From Candidatus Multivoraceae bacterium (GTDB lineage Bacteria; Acidobacteriota; Thermoanaerobaculia; Multivoradales; Multivoraceae), in assembly GCA_965223385.1 (NCBI GenBank), contig CBDCWR010000006.1, positions 137,896-201,895 of the forward strand: 64,000 bases of DNA, written 5' to 3'. Under the pieces are notes generated by a model. The model had not been told where the DNA came from. It did no database searches and saw only the letters and a list, made by a program, of their open reading frames with translations. Positions 18,874-27,729 of this stretch are shown here, one piece after another. Position 1 is the first letter of the stretch. Each line of letters begins with the position of its first letter. Made by a program: the position numbers and the translations under genes.

Positions 18874-18901
18874 GCCGTGCGAGGAGCACGGCTCAGTGAA
18901 T
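18866..18901 (+). terminator. 16-bp perfect-stem hairpin (loop GAGGA) embedding the RraA stop codon; putative intrinsic terminator
   Basis: The sequence is ATTCACTGAGCCGTGC-gagga-GCACGGCTCAGTGAAT. It has no long T-tract, which is common in high-GC genomes. Confidence 0.5.
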
Positions 18902-18971
18902 TCGTCCGTCACGCTCGAAGCGGCGGCGCTGCTAGGCTGTCGGGACGCCCCAACAGCTCGGAGGATCGGTC

Positions 18972-20690
18972 ATGAGAGGTTCTCTTTCCGCACGGCGCAT
19001 CGCATCGACGCTCCTGGTTCTTGCCGGCTTCGTTGTCGGCGTCGTCGCCGGCTGCGCGCCGGCCCCAGAGATCGCCGCGGATGCAGGCGTGTCCGCGCCG
19101 CTCGGCGCCATCTCTTCGGCGCATCCGCTCGCTTCCGCGGCCGGGATTGCGGTGCTCGAAGAAGGGGGCAACGCGTTCGACGCCGCGGTGGCGGTGGCGG
19201 CCGTGCTCACCGTCGTCGAGCCCCAGAACTCGAATCTCTTCGGAGGGTACGGCACGCTGATCGTGCACGAGGGTGCCACCGGGGCGACACGCTACCTCGA
19301 CAATAACGGTCGGTTTCCCGCACTCACCAATTCGGACGTCTTCCGCGCCGCCGCGAGCCGCGCGGAGATCATGCGCACCGCGCAGGCGGTGTCCACCCCG
19401 GGCAACCTCCAGGGGTTCGAGAAGCTGTGGTCGGAGGCGGGCACCATGGAGTGGTCGCGTCTCCTGGCGCCGGCGATCCAGCTCGCGGAGGAGGGGGTCG
19501 CCGTGAGCGCGCCGCTCGCGCGCGCCATCGAGGGCGCCTGGCAGTGGATGTCCGACGAGACGCGCTCCTTCTACGGCAGCAGCGACGCACCGCTCGCCGA
19601 GGGTGAGCTCTTGGTCCAGGCCGATCTGGCGGCGAGCCTGCGTCTCGCAGCGGAGTACGGGTCGAAGGTGCTCGTGGAGGGGCAGATCGCCGAAGCGCTC
19701 GAGCGGGAGATGGTGCGTCGCGGAGGGTTCCTGCGCATCGCCGATCTCGAGCAGCACACCAACGACTGGCTCGACCCGATCTCCATCGAGTACCGCGGCG
19801 CGAAGGTGGTCACGGCGGGGCCACCCTCCAACTCGTTCGCCGCACTCGTGTGCCTCGGTCTGATGAGCCAGTTCGACGCGGCTTCGCTCGGCCACAACAG
19901 CGCCGAGTACCTGCACCGCTTCGCCGAGTCGACGAAGCACGCTTTCTGGGCGCGCCTTGCCTACGCCGGTGGTCCGGAGGTGAGCCCGCCGCCGCTCGAG
20001 CGCATCCTGAGCGCGAGCTACTGGCAGGAGCAGACGTCGCAGTTCGCAGACACCGCGTCCACCTTCGAGCCACCGGCGATTCGCGCCGCCGAGGGTGAGA
20101 GCACGACGCACTACGTCGTTGCGGACGCCTCCGGCAACGTCGTGTCGGCCACCATCACGCTCGGTCACGGCTTCGGCAGCGCTGTCATGGTCGAGGGCAC
20201 GGGTATCTGGCTCAACAACTCCATGGCGTACTCGACCTACGAGCCGAAGGGCAATCCGATGGACGCGCTCCCCGGGGCGCGCAAGCACTCGTCGAAGTCA
20301 CCGGTGATGATCTTCCGCGACGGGCTCCCCTGGGTGGCGATCGGCACGCCGGGTGGCCACACCATCCCGCAGACCACGCCGCAGATGGTCGCCAATCTGC
20401 TCGACTTCGGCATGACCGTCCAGGAGGCGGTCGATGCGCCGAGGGTCGCGTTCGCCGAGCCCGACCAGCTGCTGGTGGAGACGCGTCTCGCGGCCGACGT
20501 GCGCGCAGCTCTCGCCGAGCGCGGGCACCGCGTCGAAGAGGCGTCGGGGATCGGCCTGGCGCACGGCCTCCGCATCGAGCGCGATGCTGCGGGCGCAGTC
20601 GTCGGCTTCGAGACCGGCGCGGACACCCGCGGTGTCGGTGCGGGCGTGGTGGCGGGACGCGCGGTCTCGGCACCCGTCTCCGGAGGCTGA
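18972..20690 (+). CDS. ggt: gamma-glutamyltranspeptidase, lipoprotein
   Basis: A lipobox (VVAGCAP) is present. GGT motifs are present (GGNAFDAAVAVAAVL; ATITLGHGFGS; GTPGGHTIPQT). The sequence ggaggatcggtcATG provides the RBS. Confidence 0.9.
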   Translation: MRGSLSARRIASTLLVLAGFVVGVVAGCAPAPEIAADAGVSAPLGAISSAHPLASAAGIAVLEEGGNAFDAAVAVAAVLTVVEPQNSNLFGGYGTLIVHEGATGATRYLDNNGRFPALTNSDVFRAAASRAEIMRTAQAVSTPGNLQGFEKLWSEAGTMEWSRLLAPAIQLAEEGVAVSAPLARAIEGAWQWMSDETRSFYGSSDAPLAEGELLVQADLAASLRLAAEYGSKVLVEGQIAEALEREMVRRGGFLRIADLEQHTNDWLDPISIEYRGAKVVTAGPPSNSFAALVCLGLMSQFDAASLGHNSAEYLHRFAESTKHAFWARLAYAGGPEVSPPPLERILSASYWQEQTSQFADTASTFEPPAIRAAEGESTTHYVVADASGNVVSATITLGHGFGSAVMVEGTGIWLNNSMAYSTYEPKGNPMDALPGARKHSSKSPVMIFRDGLPWVAIGTPGGHTIPQTTPQMVANLLDFGMTVQEAVDAPRVAFAEPDQLLVETRLAADVRAALAERGHRVEEASGIGLAHGLRIERDAAGAVVGFETGADTRGVGAGVVAGRAVSAPVSGG

Positions 20691-20777
20691 GGCCCCCTCG
20701 AAGCGTCGAGCTCCGACCCGCGTCCAAGAGGGTGTTCGTTCTCCTTTCGCCGGTTGGTTTCCTTTTCCTCCTCCCGC

Positions 20778-20803
20778 GTGTCTCACCTCGGTGAGAGCGA
20801 CAC
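20778..20803 (+). terminator. GC-rich imperfect hairpin between ggt and the vWA gene (possible terminator or attenuator)
   Basis: The sequence is GTGTCTCACC-tcg-GTGAGAgcGACAC. No U-tract follows. Confidence 0.3.
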
Positions 20804-20892
20804 ACCGTGCTGTCCGCTGGAACCGCGAGTCTCCTTCGTGGTCCAAGAGAAGCGAGGGACATCGCGGACAGACGACGAGAGGAGTGACTCCC

Positions 20893-22701
20893 ATGCTCGA
20901 ACCGACGCATCCACGCAGTCCATTCAGAAACGCGGGTGAGGCCCTTCTGGCCCTGATCGTGGGCGGCCTGCTTCTCCTGGCCGCCTGCTCGACCGGCGCC
21001 CCGCAGAGCCAGCCCGCGCAGGAGCTCGACGCGGCTCCCGTCAATACGCCGAGGTCGGCTTCCCAAGAACATCCTGAGCCGGCGACCGAACATTCGGTTC
21101 CGGGTGAAACTCCGATGGCCATCCCCGAAGCGCCGCCGGAGCCAGAGCCTTCCGGTCCGATCTACGTCGAGGCCATGAACGCTCGCGCAAAGGCGCCTCA
21201 GGTGCAGAGGGTGGCGCTCAGCGCCTCGACCACCGTCTACGATCCTGGTCGACCGAGCTTCAACACCGAGTCGTACGACGTCGTGCGCGAGAGCCGCTTC
21301 CTGTCGCCGGTCGATGAGCCGCGCTCGACGTTCTCGATCGACGTCGACACGGCCTCCTACGCGAACGCGCGTCGCTTCATCACCCGCCAGCACCAGCTGC
21401 CGCCGGCAGACGCGGTGCGCATCGAGGAGATGCTCAACTACTTCACGTACGACTACCCCGATCCCTCGGGGCAGCATCCGTTTGCGGTGGTCACCGAGGT
21501 CTCGGAGGCGCCCTGGAACCGCGAGCACCGCCTCGTACACATCGGCATTCAAGGCCAGCGCCTGGAGAAGGAGAGTCTCCCGCCGAGCAACCTCGTCTTC
21601 CTGATCGACGTTTCCGGATCGATGAGCTCGCCCGACAAGCTGCCGCTGCTCCGGCGCGCCTTCGCGCTGATGGTGGAACAGCTGGGCGCGGACGACTCGG
21701 TCGCCATCGTCGTGTATGCCGGTTCGGCCGGGCTCGTCCTGCCTGCGACGCCGGGCAGCGACAAGGGCACCATTCTGTCGAGCCTCGGGTCCCTGCGGGC
21801 CGGTGGCTCTACGGCGGGGGGCGCCGGGCTGACGCTCGCCTACGACGTGGCCCAGCAGAACTTCATCGACGGCGGCAACAACCGGGTCGTGCTGGCGACC
21901 GACGGCGACTTCAACGTGGGGCCGTCGAGTGATGCCGAGATGGTGCGGCTCATCGAGGCGCGGCGCGCGTCGGGGATCGACCTCTCGGTGCTCGGCTTTG
22001 GCACGGGCAACTACCAGGACTCCAAGATGGAGAAGCTCGCCAAGCATGGCAACGGCAACGCGTCGTACATCGACAGCCTGCTCGAAGCGAAGAAGGTGCT
22101 CGTGACCGAGCTCGGCGGAACCCTCGTCTCGATCGCGCGCGACGTGAAGATCCAGGTCGAGTTCAACCCGGCCGTGGTCAAGGGTTACCGCCTCATCGGC
22201 TACGAGAACCGCCGTCTCGCGGCGGCCGACTTCAACGACGACACGAAAGACGCGGGCGAGCTGGGAGCGGGGCACTCGGTCACCGCCCTCTACGACGTCA
22301 TCCTCGCGAGCTCCGACGAGGTGGTGCCCACGGCCGACGAGCTGCGCTACCGGCAGCCGAGTGCAACCGACGCGCGGACCGACGAGATGCTGACGGTCAA
22401 GCTCCGCTACAAGCGCCCCGGCACGGAGCGCAGCCTCCTTCTCGAGCGCCAGCTCTGGAACGAAGCGACACCACTCGCGGCGGCCTCGGACGACTTCCGC
22501 TTCTCGGCGGCCGTCGCGGAGATCGGGCTTCTCCTTCGGCGGTCGGAGCACCGGTACGAGGCGAGCTGGGAGCGTGCGATCGAGCTGGCTCAGGGAGCTC
22601 TGGCGGGAGACCCGCGGGGGTACCGGGCCGACTTCGTCGAGCTGGCCCAGCAGGCGAGCCTCCTGTCGCGGTCTCAGGCGGCGCTGCGGCCGGGCGACTG
22701 A
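20893..22701 (+). CDS. von Willebrand factor A domain lipoprotein, YfbK-like (vWA plus DUF3520-type C-terminus)
   Basis: An agaggag RBS is present. A lipobox (LLLAACS) is present. The vWA MIDAS motif is LVFLIDVSGSMSS...LATDGDFNVG. Confidence 0.85.
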   Translation: MLEPTHPRSPFRNAGEALLALIVGGLLLLAACSTGAPQSQPAQELDAAPVNTPRSASQEHPEPATEHSVPGETPMAIPEAPPEPEPSGPIYVEAMNARAKAPQVQRVALSASTTVYDPGRPSFNTESYDVVRESRFLSPVDEPRSTFSIDVDTASYANARRFITRQHQLPPADAVRIEEMLNYFTYDYPDPSGQHPFAVVTEVSEAPWNREHRLVHIGIQGQRLEKESLPPSNLVFLIDVSGSMSSPDKLPLLRRAFALMVEQLGADDSVAIVVYAGSAGLVLPATPGSDKGTILSSLGSLRAGGSTAGGAGLTLAYDVAQQNFIDGGNNRVVLATDGDFNVGPSSDAEMVRLIEARRASGIDLSVLGFGTGNYQDSKMEKLAKHGNGNASYIDSLLEAKKVLVTELGGTLVSIARDVKIQVEFNPAVVKGYRLIGYENRRLAAADFNDDTKDAGELGAGHSVTALYDVILASSDEVVPTADELRYRQPSATDARTDEMLTVKLRYKRPGTERSLLLERQLWNEATPLAAASDDFRFSAAVAEIGLLLRRSEHRYEASWERAIELAQGALAGDPRGYRADFVELAQQASLLSRSQAALRPGD

Positions 22702-22903
22702 CCTCGGGTCTGCGAGTCACCCCAGTTCGGCCTCGGCGGTGGCAATTCTTGTCATGCGCACTTCCTGCTGTGCCGGGCAGCCGGAAGGAAGGTGGCGCGT
22801 TTCCTGGCGTACGACTTGCAGCGGAAAGGCGGAGAAGCGTCGCGTGGCGCCTTGCGAGCGCGGCGCATCTCACCAACCGAAGGTCGATCGAAGGCGAAAC
22901 CTC

Positions 22904-23587
22904 ATGCGCAAGATCCAGAGAACCGCGGTCCGCGTGGCGGCGCTCATGGCGCTCGTCGTAGCGAGCACCGCCCCGACGACGGCACAGAACCTCGACGCGC
23001 TGATCACCAGCCGCGACGTCGAAGGCCTGCGCGAGAGGGGGCCCGCCGTCATGTCGGAGCTGGCCTCGGTGTACGCCGACACGCACGACCTCGATCGCCG
23101 GGCCGACATTGCCGGACTCTTCTACGCGCTCGGTTGGATCTCTCCCGAGGCCGAGCGCGTGCTCTTCGAAGACGTCCACACAGATCACCGCGACCTGCGG
23201 ATCAACGCGCAGTACGCCCTCGGCCGGGTGAGCAACGACGACCGCGTGGTCGACGTGCTGTTCGAGAACATGCGCAGCGACCACCGCTGGCTGTTTCGCG
23301 ACAAGGCGGCCTGCAGCCTCGCGTACGACCAGATCCACCTCTCGGATCGCCAGAAGGTCCGCCTGTACCTGCGCCTGATCGACGCTCTCGGCGACCCTGA
23401 CGCCGGGACGCGCGCGCTCGCGATTCAGGTGCTGGTGGTGCAGACGGGCCAGGACAAGGGATACGACCCCAATGCGTCGGTGGCCGCACGGCAGGTGGCT
23501 ACGCAGCGCTGGTGGCAGTGGCTGGCTGAGTATCGCGCCCACGCCCAGAGTGGCTCGACCCAGAGTGGCTCGACCGAGAGTGGCTAG
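22904..23587 (+). CDS. secreted HEAT/ARM-like repeat protein
   Basis: Signal peptide AALMALVVASTAP. Repeated helical motifs are present. The C-terminus carries a QSGSTQSGSTESG tail encoded by a 15-bp tandem repeat. Confidence 0.5.
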   Translation: MRKIQRTAVRVAALMALVVASTAPTTAQNLDALITSRDVEGLRERGPAVMSELASVYADTHDLDRRADIAGLFYALGWISPEAERVLFEDVHTDHRDLRINAQYALGRVSNDDRVVDVLFENMRSDHRWLFRDKAACSLAYDQIHLSDRQKVRLYLRLIDALGDPDAGTRALAIQVLVVQTGQDKGYDPNASVAARQVATQRWWQWLAEYRAHAQSGSTQSGSTESG

Positions 23588-23591
23588 CACG

Positions 23592-25196
23592 GTGCGATCC
23601 GTGGGAGTCCAAGCGGCGGCCGCGCTCGTCGCTGCGGCAGCCGTGCTCCTCGTACAAGGCCCCTCCCTGGCCCAGGAAGCGGACCTTGGTCTCCTGGTGA
23701 GCTACAGCTTCGACGAGGAGCGGCTCGACTCCGGGCCCGATACGTTCTCCGTCTTCGAGAGCTCCAAGGGCACCGTCAACCTGACCTCGCACTACCGGCT
23801 CAGCGGCTACACCGCGATCGAGATCCGAGACGTCCGTGGAGACCATGAGTTCCCCGAGCTGCAGGGCTACTTTCCCGTGCGAGACAGCGGCCGGCTGTGG
23901 GCGCACTTTGCGCTCCTTCTCACCGATCCACGCGAAGAGCTCAATATCGCCCTGGCCGGGCCGCAGTGGTTCCGTCTCGGCAAGGACGGCATCGCATTCT
24001 GGTTGACCACGCGCGACGGCTACCTCACCCACGTGTCGGACAGCATTCCCAAGAAGATCTTCCAGCCGAGACCCTTCGTCTGGTACCACGTCGATCTGGA
24101 GATCGACCTCGAGGGTGGTGTCTACGATCTGCGGATCGAGGAGGAAGGCTCCTCGGAGCCGGTCGTCGAGCTGTTGGATCAACAGAATGCCGCGTCGCAG
24201 CCGGGGTCGGCGGTCGACAAGTTCTCCTTCATCGGCGATCGCGGGCAGGACACTTCGAACGTCGTCTACTACGTGGACGACGTGGCGCTTGCGGTCGGCG
24301 AGCGAGTCGAAATGGAGCCTCTGGTCGCTCCGGGGCGGCGTCGCCTGTTCGTCGATCAACTGGACGACCTGCGGGACGAAGGGTTGGCCTCCTGTCTCCC
24401 CGCTCGAGATCTCGCCGACTACGGCGTCACGCCCGAGCTCGCGCGCCGGCTCGGCGAGGGTGGCGCGGCCGCGTCACTTGCGGCGCTCACGCGCCTGGGC
24501 GAGGAATCGAGCTCGGACCCAGCGGTGGAGCCTCTCGTCCGCGCGCATCGTGCATGGAGTCAGGGCTGCCGTCATCTCGCGCGCGGTGAGATCGAGGCGG
24601 CCGTCGCTGCGCTCGAGACGGCTGTCGACCTGGTCGAGACCTCGCGCGTGTACGAGGCAGCCTTCGCGCTTGCGCTGGCGCACGCCGGCGAAGTGACGCG
24701 CGCCGACGAGTGGCTCTCGTGGCTCGAAGAAGAGTGGCTCGACGACCCGCGCCTTCCGGCCCTCGTCGCCCGTATGGCCGTCGCGAAGGGAGATGCGGAA
24801 GGCGCGCGGGCGAGGCTGGCCACCGAGGCCTACGCGCATCTCGACGGCAGCCGCTCGGGCCTCTCCCGGCGCGGTGGTGAGCTCTCCAGTCTCGAGTACT
24901 ACGCGCTTCTCCTGTGGCTCGCGGACTTCGACGAAGCGCAGAGCTTCGCACTCGCGATGGCGGCACGCTTCGAGCCCCCAGATGGGGAGCCTGGTCGCTG
25001 GCTGGAGCGTGCAGGCGACGCGGCGTTCCACGCGGGCGCCTACGGCGAGGCGCTCGACTTCTACGAGCGCGTCCTCTCCGGCCGCGCCTCCGACCGGGTA
25101 CTCCTCAAGCTCTCGGATGTGCACTTTCGCCGGGGTGACCTCGACGCCGAGCGGGAGCTTCGGGAGGCGATCTACGGCAGCTTGAGCTTCGACTGA
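23592..25196 (+). CDS. secreted hypothetical protein, beta-rich N-domain plus TPR-like C-terminal half
   Basis: GTG start directly after the previous stop. There is a signal peptide. The protein is 535 aa. Confidence 0.5.
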   Translation: MRSVGVQAAAALVAAAAVLLVQGPSLAQEADLGLLVSYSFDEERLDSGPDTFSVFESSKGTVNLTSHYRLSGYTAIEIRDVRGDHEFPELQGYFPVRDSGRLWAHFALLLTDPREELNIALAGPQWFRLGKDGIAFWLTTRDGYLTHVSDSIPKKIFQPRPFVWYHVDLEIDLEGGVYDLRIEEEGSSEPVVELLDQQNAASQPGSAVDKFSFIGDRGQDTSNVVYYVDDVALAVGERVEMEPLVAPGRRRLFVDQLDDLRDEGLASCLPARDLADYGVTPELARRLGEGGAAASLAALTRLGEESSSDPAVEPLVRAHRAWSQGCRHLARGEIEAAVAALETAVDLVETSRVYEAAFALALAHAGEVTRADEWLSWLEEEWLDDPRLPALVARMAVAKGDAEGARARLATEAYAHLDGSRSGLSRRGGELSSLEYYALLLWLADFDEAQSFALAMAARFEPPDGEPGRWLERAGDAAFHAGAYGEALDFYERVLSGRASDRVLLKLSDVHFRRGDLDAERELREAIYGSLSFD

Positions 25197-25211
25197 ACGG
25201 GGCCGCGGGCT

Positions 25212-25691
25212 TCAGGAGAGCCCGAACAGGTGCTCCCAGCGCTCGAGCTCCTCGGCGGCTTGCATCACCGTCATCGTGTGACCCAGCGTGAGCGGCGGCA
25301 AACCGTTGCTGAAGACGAGGCGGATCTCATGGCTCGTGCTCGTGAGATCCTCGGGGTCGGTGTGCGTTTCCCGACGGACGCTCTCGACCCTGAGGAGGTC
25401 GGCGACGGGGCCACGGTGACTCTGCAGGCGCCCCACGATGCCGCGACGGAGCTCGTAGCGGCCTCCGTCCCGCCGAAGAACGAAACGACAGCGCCAGAGG
25501 CTCCAGAAGATCGAAAGTGCCGCGAGGGGCACCGTGAGAAGGAGGCCGACGGCAGCGTAGAACCTCAGCTCGTCGGCGGCGGGATCCAGGAAGCGTAGGA
25601 GCCACGCGGAGACGCCGAGGAGCACGACCGCCGCGAGGGAGGAGCGCGTCGGGTCGTGCTGCAGGACCAACTGCTGCGGCGAGTCTTCGAC
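25212..25691 (-). CDS. hypothetical membrane protein
   Basis: There are two TM-like segments (LAAVVLLGVSAWLL; AAVGLLLTVPLAALSIFW). The start is uncertain. Confidence 0.3.
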   Translation of the reverse strand, partial: VEDSPQQLVLQHDPTRSSLAAVVLLGVSAWLLRFLDPAADELRFYAAVGLLLTVPLAALSIFWSLWRCRFVLRRDGGRYELRRGIVGRLQSHRGPVADLLRVESVRRETHTDPEDLTSTSHEIRLVFSNGLPPLTLGHTMTVMQAAEELERWEHLFGLS

Positions 25692-25777
25692 GAGGCGCGG
25701 CGTGGGCTCGAGTCTTCCGCCGACGTGTCGCACGGTCTGGATTGTACGAAGGGGCCTGAACCTCGGGCGTGCCCGGG

Positions 25778-26044
25778 CTACCCGGTCAGAGCCAGAGCGA
25801 GGCCCAGAAAGGCACACTCGCGCAGCGAGACCACGAGTCCGAGCAGTGCCAGCACCAGGAAGACCACCGGCACACCGAAGACCCGGGTCGCGCGGTCGGG
25901 CCCCCGAAGGTACTGCGGCGCCCCGTACGCCATCGCGAGACCGAAGCCTCCGGTCATGTGCAACCAGAACCTGGCGCGCGACCGAAACGAGTTGCCAGCG
26001 GCGATCCGCGCGCGCCACAGCTCACAACAGTAGGGCTCGAACAT
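25778..26044 (-). CDS. small hypothetical membrane protein downstream of padR
   Basis: TM segments (GFGLAMAYGAP; VPVVFLVLALLGLVVSL). A membrane protein downstream of a PadR regulator is a typical arrangement. Confidence 0.35.
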   Translation of the reverse strand: MFEPYCCELWRARIAAGNSFRSRARFWLHMTGGFGLAMAYGAPQYLRGPDRATRVFGVPVVFLVLALLGLVVSLRECAFLGLALALTG

Positions 26045-26108
26045 GAGCTGTCGCAGCTCGCGTGGCAGCAGCCGTCCGAGAAGGCGGGTACCGCGCAGGG
26101 TCGAGCCG

Positions 26109-26426
26109 TCAGGCAAGGGACTCTTTCCTTCGGGAGAGCGCAATGACGCGCTCGTGAAAGCGGGCCGTGGCGTCACGTGAGCGCCTGCCCTTCGCCGTGG
26201 TGGAGTAGGCGCGCTCGCGCACGATCTGGCCGTTCAGGATCTCCTGCTCGTACCTGCCACGCACGAGGCCACTCTCTTCGAGCCGCGACATGAGACGGTA
26301 GAACGTGGGGCCCGCCTTCGGGAGCCCCAGAGCCGCGAGCTCCTCACGCACCTCGCGACCCGAGAGCTCCGTCTCGGACAGGATGCAGAGCACGGCGAAC
26401 TGGAGGTGGGGGAGTGGGGTCTTCAT
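26109..26426 (-). CDS. PadR-family transcriptional regulator
   Basis: MKTPLPHLQFAVLCILSETELSGREVREELAALGLPKAGPTFYRLMSRLEESGLVRGRYE is the PadR winged helix. Confidence 0.75.
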   Translation of the reverse strand: MKTPLPHLQFAVLCILSETELSGREVREELAALGLPKAGPTFYRLMSRLEESGLVRGRYEQEILNGQIVRERAYSTTAKGRRSRDATARFHERVIALSRRKESLA

Positions 26427-26596
26427 GCCAGAGATGCTTCTTTGACAGGTTACCTCATGGAAGGTGAGCATCTTCTGCGCCCGTCGCTGGCTCGAGTCAG
26501 AGCGCGAGGCTCCCCAGTGCCGAGCCGTGGGCGAGAGCGTCGGGTCTTTGGATGTCAACTCCTTCGCAGGAGGAGGCCATGCTCAGTGCTTTCGAG

Positions 26597-26620
26597 TTAT
26601 GTTACATTATGTAATGTGAC
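26597..26620. promoter_or_regulatory. AT-rich 13-bp perfect palindrome TTACATTATGTAA (ATGT/ACAT half-sites); putative PadR operator
   Basis: The sequence ttATGTTACATTATGTAATGTga is the only strongly AT-rich patch in the padR/MBL divergent intergenic region. It sits 50-80 nt upstream of the MBL start. Confidence 0.5.
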
Positions 26621-26675
26621 TGAGCGTCAGCATGCAGATCAGACGAAGGGCGGGCGGTGGCCACGCTGGAGAAGG

Positions 26676-27689
26676 GTGCTTCTGGCCGGGGTCGTCCTCG
26701 TGCTGGGATGCGCGATTCTGGTGTGGCTCTCCTTCTGGCGGGTCATGTCGAGCGTCATGGAGCGCCAGTCCAGGCAGGCCGAGATCGTCGTCACCCAGAT
26801 CGCGGATCACCTGTACATGCTCGACGCGACGCTCGGCGACCGACAGCTGGGTGCCAGCCACGTCGTCTCCATCGGTACGGAAGGAGTGCTGTTCGTCGAC
26901 GCGCCGATGACCCAGGCCCTTCACGACAAGGTCTGGGCCGCGCTCGAGGGCATCGAGCCGACCGTCGCAGAGCGTTTGCTGACCGTGATCAACACGCACG
27001 CTCATCCGGACCATGCGCGCGGCAATGCCTTCTGGCCGCCATCCACCGAGATCGTCGCGCACCGCAGCACGAGGGATCGGCTGGCGGACAGCGTGCGGCC
27101 ATTCTGGTTCCTTCCTGCGGTCCCACCGCTCCGCGGGAGCGCACTGCCGAGTGCCACCTTCGAGCGCACCCACGCGCTGGAGCGCGCCAGCGAGACGGTC
27201 CAGCTTCTCCATGTGGGGGCGGGGCACACCGACGGAGACGTGGTCGTCTTCTTCGAGCGATCGCGCGTCGTTCATCTCGGAGACCTCTTCCATGGGGTCG
27301 GCGGCCATCCAGCCGCCGACTGGCGCAACTCCGGCGGGGATCCGAGGGGCCTGGTCGAGGGTCTCGATGCGGTCCTCTCGCGGCTTCCGGACGACGTGCG
27401 CGTCGTCGGGGGACACGGCGGTGTCGGTCAGGTCTGGTCGAGAGAAGACCTGGAGACCTACCGCAACCTGGTCGCTGAGATGACCGAGAGCGTCTGGTCG
27501 AAGATCCAGAGCGGCCATACGCAGGACGAGGTGCTCCAGGAAGGTGTTCCGCAGGAGTGGCGCTGGTGGTTCGAGCGCGCCCGGAACGACTCCGTCATGC
27601 ACGGGCCCGCCGAGGGGTGGCTCGAGAACCTCTTCCAGGCGCTCTTGCACGGCGAGCGCGCAGCGCCGACGCCCGCGCCGCGCCCCTGA
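26676..27689 (+). CDS. metallo-beta-lactamase-fold hydrolase with N-terminal membrane anchor
   Basis: A ggagaagg RBS precedes a GTG start. INTHAHPDHARGN is the HxHxDH motif. Downstream His residues include GAGHTDGD. Confidence 0.75.
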   Translation: MLLAGVVLVLGCAILVWLSFWRVMSSVMERQSRQAEIVVTQIADHLYMLDATLGDRQLGASHVVSIGTEGVLFVDAPMTQALHDKVWAALEGIEPTVAERLLTVINTHAHPDHARGNAFWPPSTEIVAHRSTRDRLADSVRPFWFLPAVPPLRGSALPSATFERTHALERASETVQLLHVGAGHTDGDVVVFFERSRVVHLGDLFHGVGGHPAADWRNSGGDPRGLVEGLDAVLSRLPDDVRVVGGHGGVGQVWSREDLETYRNLVAEMTESVWSKIQSGHTQDEVLQEGVPQEWRWWFERARNDSVMHGPAEGWLENLFQALLHGERAAPTPAPRP

Positions 27690-27729
27690 GCCCTGCTCCT
27701 CCGGGGAGCGTGCGTGGCATCATCGACGC

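Noticed and set aside
25197-25230. Hairpin CGGGCT-tcaggag-AGCCCG just after the 23592..25196 gene
   Set aside because: It overlaps the 3-prime end of the convergent minus-strand ORF. It is a weak stem with no U-tract and is not called as a terminator.
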